31,639 nucleotides of DNA from Amoeboradix gromovi X-113 (taxonomy: Eukaryota; Fungi; Sanchytriomycota): contig JADGIF010000033.1 of the NCBI GenBank assembly GCA_018985225.1, positions 1-31,639 of the forward strand, read 5' to 3'. The position numbers were made by a program, and so were the translations under genes. Below are positions 19,730-29,675 of this stretch, piece after piece. The notes below the pieces were generated by a model. It was not told the origin of the DNA. It made no database searches and worked only from the letters and a program-made list of their open reading frames with translations. Position 1 is the first letter of the stretch. Each line of letters opens with the position of its first letter.

Positions 19730-21370
19730 TTATTTGGTAATCCATTTGTTATCGTGTCCCTTTTGCGCTCTGCCGCTTGGGTCTGCGGAACATCCCCAAT
19801 CTTCTCTTGGTACCCATAATTTGACGCTCTCACAGCAACTAGCTTGCGGGAAGTGCTGCACAAATATGCTTCTAAAGTAATAAGCTTCTTTTGTAGCAGG
19901 AGTATCCCTTGGGAACCTAACATGTCTTTGCTCGAAAATGGTATCACTGACTTTTTTCTCCGCATGTAATTTGAGTGAATCGATCCAATTATAACCTACT
20001 CCATCTGAAAACTGCTCCTTCTGTCTGTACAAGACATCTTGTGGTAAATAAGGATCTTTCGGGGTGTCAAACGCCTGACGAATTAAATTCTTCTCCATTT
20101 CTTTATTGCACAACTTGTACTCGGGATCAACTAGCATAGCAACGTCCATAAATTCTTTGTCCAAAAAAGGTACCCTAGCTTCTAACCCCCAAGCCATAGT
20201 ACTTTTATTGGCTCTTAGACAATCTGCAGAATGTAGATCATTAACTCTATTAATCAATTCTTGTTGAAATTCCACCTTATTCGGAGCATCATGAAAGTAT
20301 AAATAACCACCAAATATCTCATCACTCCCCTCCCCACTAAGTACCATTTTAATGCCATGGGCTTTTATTTTACGAGACATTAAGAACATTGGAGTGCTCG
20401 CACGTATAGTGGTTACATCATAGGTTTCTAAGTGGTAGATAACATCAGAAATAGCATCTATGCCATCTTGTTCAGTAAATGTAAATTCATGGTGAATAGT
20501 TGACAAGTAATCTGCGACCTTCTTGGCAGCTTTTAAATCTGGTGAATTCTCTAGTCCAACACTGAAGGAGTGTAAGTTCCATACACTAGCCGATTTAACA
20601 GCATCTGAGTATTCACCATCAAGTGAATTAACATCCCTTAAAAGCCGTTTAACAATCGAACAAATTAATGAAGAGTCTAAACCCCCGCTTAGCAGCACTC
20701 CAAATGGTACTTCGCACAGCAACCTCTTTTTAACAGCATTTGTCAGAGAGTCGCGCAGAACCTTTAGATCTTTCTTATGGTTAGCAGCACTCGCAACTTG
20801 CCAAGAAGGATTAAAATATCTAACAAACTCATCATTTTTATAATAATGGCCCGGGGGAAATGAAATAATCCTATCACAATAGTTGTGAATAGCCTTCATT
20901 TCGCTTGCAATTAAGAAGTTGTTGTCAGAATATGCCCATCCAAAATAAAGCGGAGTAATTCCGATTGGGTCACGAGCTGCAAACACAGAACTGTCCAACT
21001 TGTCATACAAAATAAAAGAGAACATACCGTCTAGTTCATGAACAAAGTCTATTCCTTTTAATAAATACAAATACAAAATAATATGACAGTCGCTGGTCAA
21101 TTTATCAGTGATCTTATATTTGATAGCCAGCTGCTTGTAGTTGTATATTTCACCGTTAACCGCTAGTACAATGCGATCGTTCACAATAGGTTGCGCTCCA
21201 CTGTCTACTCCATTAATCGCCAATCGTTCATGGCATATAATCCCATCTTTAACAATCACACAGCCAGTCCAGTCGGGTCCACGATGCCTTAATGACTTGC
21301 TACACTTCAGAGCGTTGCTTCTAAATCCGTTAGGATCTTGAAGTTGAAATATTCCAAAAATACCGCACAT
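19730..21370 (-). CDS. ASN1: Asparagine synthetase (glutamine-hydrolysing)
   Basis: Ntn start MCGIF at ATG 21370; RHRGPD, NGEIYN, LLSGGLDSS, SGEGSDE and RQKEQFSDGVG motifs. Confidence 0.97.
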   Translation of the reverse strand: MCGIFGIFQLQDPNGFRSNALKCSKSLRHRGPDWTGCVIVKDGIICHERLAINGVDSGAQPIVNDRIVLAVNGEIYNYKQLAIKYKITDKLTSDCHIILYLYLLKGIDFVHELDGMFSFILYDKLDSSVFAARDPIGITPLYFGWAYSDNNFLIASEMKAIHNYCDRIISFPPGHYYKNDEFVRYFNPSWQVASAANHKKDLKVLRDSLTNAVKKRLLCEVPFGVLLSGGLDSSLICSIVKRLLRDVNSLDGEYSDAVKSASVWNLHSFSVGLENSPDLKAAKKVADYLSTIHHEFTFTEQDGIDAISDVIYHLETYDVTTIRASTPMFLMSRKIKAHGIKMVLSGEGSDEIFGGYLYFHDAPNKVEFQQELINRVNDLHSADCLRANKSTMAWGLEARVPFLDKEFMDVAMLVDPEYKLCNKEMEKNLIRQAFDTPKDPYLPQDVLYRQKEQFSDGVGYNWIDSLKLHAEKKVSDTIFEQRHVRFPRDTPATKEAYYFRSIFVQHFPQASCCESVKLWVPREDWGCSADPSGRAQKGHDNKWITK

Positions 21371-21733
21371 TAATAATAAATGTATGTAGGAGAAGTCATC
21401 AGAAATGCATGACGTAACATTTTCATGAGTAAGATCAAATAACATTATTTTCTCAAATGAAGACAAGCACTCTAAGAACTAGGCTAATTAGCTTTTGCAA
21501 AAGCACTCTATATTTCATCGCCAGGTGATTAGAAGAAATTTTGCCATTATCGTGAGAACCAATCTCACAAAATGTCCCAAAGTAGTTTTTCGTCATTTTT
21601 ATTATAAATGTTAATAAATACACCAAGTATCAGGGCATAGGAATATTGAATTACAAGTTAAATATTTTGTTGTTTACAAGAAATTAATTTTACTTGAAAA
21701 ATGAAATAAATTTGCGTTTATTCTGAGAGAATC

Positions 21734-22129
21734 CCTATGGGACACCAAATATAAAAACTAGACCAAGTCGTTTTTAAAGGAGGTGCTCCATAAGGAGGAA
21801 TACTATCATTAATAAAAGTCCTTCTTTCATTAATGACATTCCACTTTTTCAAATATAACAAGATGACCCACTATTTCTTTCAAATAAGGTCTTTGAGTAT
21901 CTTATCTGTTCCTTTTTCTTTTTCTTCTTACCATCTTTAGTATAACTTGTTTTTTGTTTTCTCTTCTTCTTAATCATTGTTTCTAAGATTTTGATGGATG
22001 AAAAGCTTTTATACTAAAATAATAGGCTTGAACAGATTAATTTATTTTACTACTGCTTAATACACTTGAAATAATGAGTCAAACTGTATCAGAAATTTTG
22101 TCCAGTTTTTATATTTGATGTCCCATATG
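21734..22129. mobile_element. MITE / deleted Tc1-mariner-like element with ~30-bp TIRs
   Basis: TATGGGACACCAAATATAAAAACTAGAC (21736-21763) is the inverted copy of GTCCAGTTTTTATATTTGATGTCCCATA (22100-22127), 2 mismatches; the same end recurs at 27357 and 31507. Confidence 0.75.
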
Positions 22130-22382
22130 TTTCTGATATTGTGAATGAATTGAGTGTGTTTTATTTGCTAGTGATTAAACTAATTATAATCGTATATCCT
22201 ACAAGTGTCGTAGCATATATCGGATTGCATCCAAATATTTGTTGGAATAATCGATGCCAGAAGCAATTAGCTCAAAGGATCAATTGTATAATGAGAGAGG
22301 CTGCTCATATTTGCCAATAACTCCTTTATGGTTTAGCAAAATAGGCAACACATGATAAAAAATTCCTAACCCTTGGGTTTTA

Positions 22383-22721
22383 ATGAAAATTACTGTTCGA
22401 TTCATTAAAAACTTTGAATACAGAACCATCAAGCAGCAGGTCGTTGATATTGATGAAAACATGACGATTAGAGAGCTAAAAGACTTCATGCTTCCTCGAA
22501 TATCAAAACCTTTTCTAATTGCCTATGATTGCTTGAAAATATATTTTATTCCTTTTCATTATAAGTCGCAGAATCTTGTAATCAATATGGATAAAGATGA
22601 TGAATGGATCCTTAAGGATACCCAGATTGTTAAGGATGTACTCGTGGAACAGTGCGAGGTTTCGTTTTTTAATTTTGAAATGTATAAGGAGTTTCAAAAC
22701 AATCCAAATATCAAGTGGTGA
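22383..22721 (+). CDS. UPF0538/DUF2340 ubiquitin-like protein (C2orf76/AIM29 family)
   Basis: ITVRFIKNFEYRTIK, YDCLKIY, KSQNLVINMD.DDEWIL and EVSFFN...Y..F..NP..KW motifs. Confidence 0.88.
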   Translation: MKITVRFIKNFEYRTIKQQVVDIDENMTIRELKDFMLPRISKPFLIAYDCLKIYFIPFHYKSQNLVINMDKDDEWILKDTQIVKDVLVEQCEVSFFNFEMYKEFQNNPNIKW

Positions 22722-23340
22722 TCTCCAGCTGCTGAGATAGACGGAACACAGTAAATATATAGTTTAATCAGATATTCTCCTCACACTTGCATATCAGAAT
22801 TTCTGTGACTTGAAGATTTTTGTAACACGCTCCCTACGGTAGCTGAAAGGAGAGAGCCTTGGAACATTATGTGTTCTTAAGATTTACTTTTTTTTCCCTT
22901 TCGTAAAACATGTCCATTTTGTTGAATTTGCAGAATTTAATGATAATTTTAAGTTGACTGCAATAGATCTCCAATACTTGCATGTTGTGGCTAAGGTATC
23001 TATTTAATGAATCTTTGGACAACTAAGAACTCATCTATATAATTTTTCCTTCTATTTTATTACCGATTTACCTTTTACAGAGTATGCCGCGATTATGAAA
23101 ATGTCAATTTCTGAGATTAATAATTCAATCTTCAATTCTTACATCTTTTTAAAGCGCTTAAGAATCTTCTCGATTCATCTAATGTATTTTTCTTCTTAGA
23201 AGAGACCTGGTGCCGTAAATTAAATATAAAGACACTCAGACTCTAAGCCTACTATTTTGCAAAATTATGACTCTTCAAAACAAAATTATAAAACTTTTGC
23301 TTGATTTTCCAGTCCAAAAAAGGTCTTTTTTATAAAACTA

Positions 23341-24378
23341 TCATAATTTATTAACATTTATTCTGATATGCTTCTCTTTTTGTTTTACTTGTGGCTTTTG
23401 AGCGATTTCCTCAACAAAACGCTTTTGCTTCATGTCAAACTTAGGCCTTAGTTTTGCTTCTCTTTTGCAAACCTTTAAATGATATGGAAGCCGATCTTCG
23501 GTAAAGTGTCGATTACAGTTGGGGCAAGTTGGGTTTACAATTTCCACTATCTTTTGCTGTTTTTCTGCATATGATTTGGAAATAATCATTTGGGGTTCAT
23601 TTGGGACTGCTATTTTGGGCTCAATTTCAGGCCTTGTCTTTCTATGTAAAAGTTTGGATAGCAGACTCTTGTTCTGAGATAAATTAATAATTGCTTTATC
23701 AGCCAAAGCTACTGAGGATGAGTCAGCTACTATCTTCCCTTTGTGCATAGGCTCATCAAATTTACTGGTTGCTATGTTGTCTTCAAGTTTTAAAGGCTTT
23801 GCTGCTATCTTATTATCAGCATCATCTTTTATCACTTTCGTACCTTCTGTTTCTACTACTTCAGTTGTAGAATCTGAATTTTTATTACTTCCGTAATTTT
23901 GCTTTTCATATTCAGCTGTTTTCGACCCTATTGACAAGTCTTCAAGTTTTATATAGAGAGAGGATGTTTTATGGAGTGAATAATCTTTTAAAGTCGAAGC
24001 ATAGGATTGATAGTCTGTTATTTCATTATCGTATTCTACCTTGAATACTTTTTTTGTTCTTGTGGATGAGCTTGTAGTAGATAAAGACTTGTGCGAGTCC
24101 AAAATCCAATCTTCGCCATGTTTCTGCTTCATCAATTGAGTGTATTCTTGCTCTAACTGATTTTGTAATCCTAACTTTCTAGATCTTGCCTGCTTAAAGA
24201 ATTCTCTTAAATCACCCCCACTTGGATTTTGCAATTCGTGGCTAGTCCAAGGCTCAGTAGCTACCCTTTGTCTCTCAACTGTTTTTTTCAGCTTAGTTTT
24301 TGTTGGCTGAGTAGTGTGTTGTCTTGAATGCGTGTATGAGTTTTTTTTGCTTTTGGCAACATGTTGGGTTGAATACAT
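23341..24378 (-). CDS. C2HC zinc-finger protein (ZC2HC1-like)
   Basis: Low-complexity hydrophilic protein with CPNCNRHFTEDRLPYHLKVC followed by RPKFDMKQKR; first ATG at 24378. Confidence 0.7.
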   Translation of the reverse strand: MYSTQHVAKSKKNSYTHSRQHTTQPTKTKLKKTVERQRVATEPWTSHELQNPSGGDLREFFKQARSRKLGLQNQLEQEYTQLMKQKHGEDWILDSHKSLSTTSSSTRTKKVFKVEYDNEITDYQSYASTLKDYSLHKTSSLYIKLEDLSIGSKTAEYEKQNYGSNKNSDSTTEVVETEGTKVIKDDADNKIAAKPLKLEDNIATSKFDEPMHKGKIVADSSSVALADKAIINLSQNKSLLSKLLHRKTRPEIEPKIAVPNEPQMIISKSYAEKQQKIVEIVNPTCPNCNRHFTEDRLPYHLKVCKREAKLRPKFDMKQKRFVEEIAQKPQVKQKEKHIRINVNKL

Positions 24379-24401
24379 TTCGGTTGTGAAACACAAGCGT
24401 C

Positions 24402-25580
24402 ATGAAGGTGGTATTTGTTCATCCAGATCTGGGGCTAGGTGGAGCAGAGCAGCTCATCACCCAGCTGGCGTATGGTTTACAGCTCAGAAACCACAAAGTA
24501 GTGGTATATACTAACTATTTTAATCCTAATCGTTGTTTTGAGGAATCCGGATCCTTGACTATCGTTCAGAAATTCAATCTTCCTAATTCTTTCTTCAATT
24601 ATGGTCATGTGTTTTTTGCCTGGTTTAAATTCATGTTGCTTAGTCTCTATATCTATCTTTACGAAAACTGCGATGCACTGGTCGTTGATCAAATCAGTAT
24701 CGCAAACCCCATTCTAAAAAGAAAAGCCCCTCTATACTTCTATTGTCATTACCCTGATATGCTACTGACTAATCGTAACTCGGTGGTTAAAACGATCTAT
24801 AGATGGCCATTTGACACTCTTGAGCGAATTTCTACTAATTCTGCAAATTTTGTGTTTGTAAACTCCAACTATACAAAGCAGGTCTACATTAAAACGTTTG
24901 GTGATAGGCAGTTATGTGTGCTATATCCTGGCACCAGATATATCAAATATACTGGTCCCAACCTATGGGAAACAAAGCAAAATGTTATTTTAAGCATTAA
25001 CAGGTTTGAACGCAAAAAGAGAATAGATAGAGCAATCAAGGCATTTAAAAAGATTGAAACTAATGCTATACTAATCATTGCAGGTGGCTATGATCTTAGA
25101 ATTGCCGAAAATATAGATTACCTGGTAGAGTTAGAGCTACTGTGTAAAGAGTTGAACTTAACGCATACAACAATAAAAGGTACTAATTCGACTTTAATAC
25201 CTTGTGATACACAAGTTGTCTTCATTACGTCTTTTACTGATGACCAGAAACATTGGATGTTAAGCCACTCAAAACTATTGCTGTACACTCCGAGTAATGA
25301 GCATTTTGGCATTGTTCCAATTGAGGCCATGGCTTACGGACTACCTACAATTGCCATGAAAAGTGGAGGGCCTATGGAGACAGTAGTTCATGGCGAAAGT
25401 GGATTTCTTTGCACTGATTCCGCTAATGTCGATGTCATGGAAATGGCAAACTATGCCTCTATAATATTAGAGAACAAGCAACTGTGGACTGATTTATCTC
25501 GCTTCTGCAAAACTAGGCATCTCAGCAAATTCAGCATCAATGCCATGATGCAAGCGTTTGAAGAAATCATCCTAAGTTGA
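24402..25580 (+). CDS. ALG2: Alpha-1,3/1,6-mannosyltransferase ALG2
   Basis: FVHPDLGLGGAE, FYCHYPD, SINRFERKK, AGGYDLR..EN..Y and LYTPSNEHFGIVPIEAM motifs. Confidence 0.96.
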   Translation: MKVVFVHPDLGLGGAEQLITQLAYGLQLRNHKVVVYTNYFNPNRCFEESGSLTIVQKFNLPNSFFNYGHVFFAWFKFMLLSLYIYLYENCDALVVDQISIANPILKRKAPLYFYCHYPDMLLTNRNSVVKTIYRWPFDTLERISTNSANFVFVNSNYTKQVYIKTFGDRQLCVLYPGTRYIKYTGPNLWETKQNVILSINRFERKKRIDRAIKAFKKIETNAILIIAGGYDLRIAENIDYLVELELLCKELNLTHTTIKGTNSTLIPCDTQVVFITSFTDDQKHWMLSHSKLLLYTPSNEHFGIVPIEAMAYGLPTIAMKSGGPMETVVHGESGFLCTDSANVDVMEMANYASIILENKQLWTDLSRFCKTRHLSKFSINAMMQAFEEIILS

Positions 25581-25861
25581 GTAAATACTTCTTAGAATTA
25601 AACAACTACTGTCTGTGTTCCTATAAAGGTATATCTTCTCGTGTTGCACTGGTTTTATATTGCAAGTACTGCCTTACCAATTTGGCATGCTATAAAAACA
25701 TCTTTTATATTCCAACTAGCATTCTCAAAATGCTCAGGAATTGTGGGATAGCATCCGAATGTACCCAATCTTGAGCACCTAATTTCTGAGCAATTATAAA
25801 TCAGGAAATGAGAAATTAGAAATTTAGCGAGTCGGTATCAAAACTTGATTTATTAATAGTT

Positions 25862-26656
25862 TTACGTGATTCTCGCAATGCTTTTTGTGCTGCCAATTTC
25901 TGCATCAGCAGCAACAACATTTGAGTAGCTCGAGGAATACTTAATTCTTAGTATCAAATTGTCATAAAATTGAATAATAACATGAACCCGTATTATGTAT
26001 GCAAACGCCCTTGTAGGTGCGTCTATAATTGATCCAAAACACTTTAATATAATAACTATAACTTCAAGTAAGATAATCAACACAAAGGATGATTTGATTT
26101 GAAAATCAAGCGCGTGCAAGAGCTCAGTACGATACTCCAGAATAAAATTCAATTTTTTCAACAGCAATACTGTCATAAGCCATTCCAACAAGATAGAAAT
26201 GAGTGTAAAAACCGTCGAAGTATACCTGTAAGCTAATTTATATTTCTCCGTCTGAATCCCATACAATATTATGCTAGCAAAAGTAAATACTTGAAATAAT
26301 GCGATTATCCAGGGTATTAGGAAAACATGTTTATCGAACCAGTAATATTTGCCCAAAGATTCGATTCTCAACACGTAAAGCCATGTTACAGACTGAATCA
26401 TGCAGAACCACAAAATAGCAAAGCAAATCATAGATATCAAGCGACTCATTTCATCCACGTATGATCTGTTTGAGTCTAAATACATAGAATGTATCCCCAT
26501 TGCAGACTCCACAACACACAATATCAGTGCAGTAACAACTAATGCAAACATTTTATTGTACTTTTTGTTAAAAGTTATCACTGCCTGTAGAAGGTACTGT
26601 AAAAACAAACTAAAAGTACCGCCCCAAATCATCAAGGATATGGTATGTGAGTCCAT
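25862..26656 (-). CDS. Orphan seven-transmembrane (GPCR-like) protein
   Basis: Seven hydrophobic segments from ATG 26656 (MDSHT...), LYVLRI at the end of TM3, short Ser-rich cytoplasmic tail; start codon uncertain. Confidence 0.65.
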   Translation of the reverse strand: MDSHTISLMIWGGTFSLFLQYLLQAVITFNKKYNKMFALVVTALILCVVESAMGIHSMYLDSNRSYVDEMSRLISMICFAILWFCMIQSVTWLYVLRIESLGKYYWFDKHVFLIPWIIALFQVFTFASIILYGIQTEKYKLAYRYTSTVFTLISILLEWLMTVLLLKKLNFILEYRTELLHALDFQIKSSFVLIILLEVIVIILKCFGSIIDAPTRAFAYIIRVHVIIQFYDNLILRIKYSSSYSNVVAADAEIGSTKSIARIT

Positions 26657-27356
26657 TGAATATGTTTCAGCAGCTGCTACCTTAATTATTAGTTCGCAGA
26701 CCGATGGCATCAGTAACATCGAGGAGGATTTAAGATACGATCTAACCCCCGAAGTTAAAAACAGAAATAAAACCAACTGCTGTTTTGGTAATTCGCCTAT
26801 TTTGGGCTCACAATACCTAGCCCTAGGAGCACCTAAAAATTAGACAAACTTTTTAAGACGAATAATGCGAAAATGTCGGAAAGGTATATTTTGCAAAAGA
26901 TCCATTTCTTCGATATTCCTGATTTTTGTTTTGTGAAATCAAAGTATATAATCATGAAATCGGGTATTACAAAAACTAGTTGAGCATTTCAAAATAAACT
27001 TAAAAAAGAAATGCTTGAGCAAAAATGTTCCAAATTTTTATAAATTGGATATTGGGTGTTGCCCTTATATTTTCCATCATTCACTTCACTGCTGAAGCAA
27101 TACTTGGAGGCACTACTCTGGAATGAAGATTACTAGTGTCTTTATAACGGATGCACATAAAAGCTTCTTGCTTTCCACACCACCATTTGCATTTCTTGTG
27201 GGTTGATAAATGCAGTGACTAATGTGAATAGTAATTTTATTGTGAAGGTAATGATCGGATAATATTTCTTCGGTGGAGATTAGGCTAAATTTTATGTATA
27301 CGATGGCCCTCTAATAACTAAACCACCTCTTTTCTTCTTAATGAGCCCTTGGCTGC

Positions 27357-27390
27357 ACATGGGACATCAAATATAAAAACTAGACTAAGT
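27357..27390 (+). repeat. Solo TIR of the Tc1-like family
   Basis: ACATGGGACATCAAATATAAAAACTAGACTAAGT matches the 21736 end. Confidence 0.75.
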
Positions 27391-27761
27391 ATTTAAACTA
27401 ATCAAATCACATAGAAAGAATTTAAAAACTGTTCCGCTATTAACATTTCACCTTGATGGGTGTTAGTTTGACTTTTCAAACTTGACAATAAAAAGAATAA
27501 ATACTTTCTTTTAACTAAAATTAGAGTTCATTCTAAAAATATTAATGAGAAGAATCAAAAAATAATGATGCTTTTAAAGATTTTTTATCATGGGATAAAA
27601 CATGTAGCTCAATATGAGGTATGGTGAAATGGAAGCCAGTATTACATTCGAAAATTGAGAAAAAATATCACACTTGAGAACAGAGCTGGCAAGTTCAAAT
27701 GGTAAAGCACTCGAGCTAATTCAAATTTGTTAGATGGAAAAAATTAGGGAGTAGTGAAACT

Positions 27762-28769
27762 TTGAAAGAAGGTATTGTATACGATTATCAATATTCAGTT
27801 GAGCAAACGAATGATATCCCAAAAGCTTGGACAGGGGGTGCAAATGAGATTCTAAATCGTGCAATTCAATTACCACTCAATGAGGTTGTTGGAGATATTT
27901 TCACATATGAAAACTTACCAGACCATCAATCTTTGACTGATGCAAAATGAGAGGATGATATGCAAGGGGTTGTTTTGAAATTCTTAATGGAACTTTGAGG
28001 AGAGTAAAGTTTGCTAACGTTGCATGACACATCTAAAAAACAAGTTAATGGCTCAAAGCGTAAACCTGATGTCACCTGTATGTCGAAGAAAGTCTCCGGT
28101 GATCCTTCTATGCCTATGTTAGTTACAGTAATTGAGTTGAAGTATGATTGGTACAAAGGTGCAATCGATCAGTTGAATAGATTTACAGAAGAAACACAAG
28201 TCAACCTGATAGAGGTGTTTTACGGAATTGCAGCAGACAATAAGGGAGCCAAATTCGGAAATTTGTCAAGAGTGAGTCAAAGTTAATATGCAATCATAGC
28301 TAAATATTCTGATACTAGTGCCCGGATATTTAGTCGTAAATTAAATTCTAAAAAAACTTTACTCAAATGTTGTTTCAGTCCAATACTACTTGAACACGAG
28401 CAAAAGTAATGAATCTGTTAACTCACGATAACATTTAAGTCTTTAGAAGTATTCAAAGGTGTTTTTGATGTTGTGCATCACTTTTACATTCAAATTAAGC
28501 CTTATGGTCAAGTGTTTGGAAAAGAACATAGGCTAATTGCAAATGATGTTTACAGAACATTAAAAAATGCAATTGGGTTTGCACATGAAATAGGCTTTTC
28601 TCACAGAGATGTCAAACCAAGGAATATACTTATCCATAACAATATTCCTATACTAATTGACTGGGAACTAGCAGTCAAATGTATTAATGAGGTTGAATTT
28701 GAATTGTCATGTACTTGGATGTTTGCAGCAGATGATTATTTGAAGTTTATACATAATACTATGATGTAA
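27762..28769 (+). pseudogene. Fragmented Crinkler-like REase (PD-(D/E)xK) + protein kinase gene
   Basis: Fragment RKPDV...VTVIELK (REase-like) upstream of fragment HEIGFSHRDVKPRNILI....ILIDWELA (kinase catalytic loop); broken by stops and frameshifts. Confidence 0.65.
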
Positions 28770-28976
28770 AATGTTAAAATCTTCACCATTTACTCATGTA
28801 TTTTAGCATAACCAAGACTAGTAAAGAATAACTTTTCATTCAATTACATTTGGTATCCCAAATACTGGAAAACAACAATAGGAATATCATCTGAAGAGCA
28901 CAATTGCTTCGTTGTAAGATAATGATTACGATTGACTTCTGAAGATTTCACAGAAAAAGTTGTAGGGGACAACTTG

Positions 28977-29500
28977 ACAGCTCGATTGTTTTCTTGAATA
29001 AATCATTTATCAGGAATTTGTGTGGATTTTTATATAATTTCGTGACTTTTCCAGATTTCTCCAACAGCTTAAATACTCGATACTCTTCCTTTTCACAAGT
29101 GGTAAATCAATTCTAAAGAAATAACTAACAGGTACAGCATACATTCATCAACACTTAGGAACTGGTCCAAACATGGAAGAATTAGATGTCTTTTAATGCC
29201 TATAAGAGATATCTGTACAATTTATTCAAGGAACGCTTGAAGTTCAAGTTTAAACAAAGAGGAAAGACGATAATCGAATGTAATGTAGCATTTACTAGTC
29301 AGACATGTACAAGGTGTGATACCCTAAAGAAAACCAATTTGGAGAGTTGCACTTGTACCAATTGTCATTTGGAGATAGGTACAGACAATATGGCAGCAAG
29401 GAACCCAATATTCAATCCCGCCTCAGGGTAGTGCAAGCGTGAGCAATCGCTCTAATCGAGAGATTAGTTTATCTCTTAAACTCTCGATCTTCTCGGATAT
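28977..29500 (+). mobile_element. IS607-like non-autonomous mini-element, copy B
   Basis: 29112-29201 encodes SKEITNRYSIHSSTLRNWSKHGRIRCLLMP (IS607 TnpA HTH-like); 29186-29431 encodes the Fanzor2/TnpB C-terminus; terminal hairpin at 29455-29488; homologous to 6143-6688. Confidence 0.85.
29186..29431 (+). pseudogene. Fanzor2/TnpB C-terminal fragment (zinc ribbon + RuvC-III)
   Basis: FKERLKFK...IIECNVAFTSQTCTRC....CTNC.LEIGTDNMAARN; the catalytic E is V here and RD is TD, whereas copy A keeps NES and RD. Confidence 0.85.
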
Positions 29501-29675
29501 TTCGCCTTTTAATGAAGAATACCTTGTAAGAGTGTACAACATTAGTTTAACGCTTTGTCCCGCCGCTATTTGCTATAAATATTACGATAGACGCACATAA
29601 ATAATTATCTTTATATAAAACTTTTTCCTGTAAATATATTTAAGTTAGTGGAGATTATTTGCTTATAGAATAAAT

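Noticed and set aside
21371-21466. 32-aa N-terminal extension of asparagine synthetase in the ORF track
   Set aside because: Starts at TTG; Ntn amidotransferases need Cys2, so the start is ATG 21370.
23338-23355. Possible 18-nt intron (GTTAATAAATTATGATAG) extending the zinc-finger gene
   Set aside because: Lacks the GTA start and the -6 A of the other introns, and the added peptide is unrecognisable.
26400-26843. 147-aa plus-strand ORF, and other antisense ORFs such as 16415-16855, 7097-7417, 8712-9056, 13157-13507, 20523-20843, 11150-11332 and 11437-11712
   Set aside because: They lie opposite well-supported genes and have no motifs; shadow ORFs.
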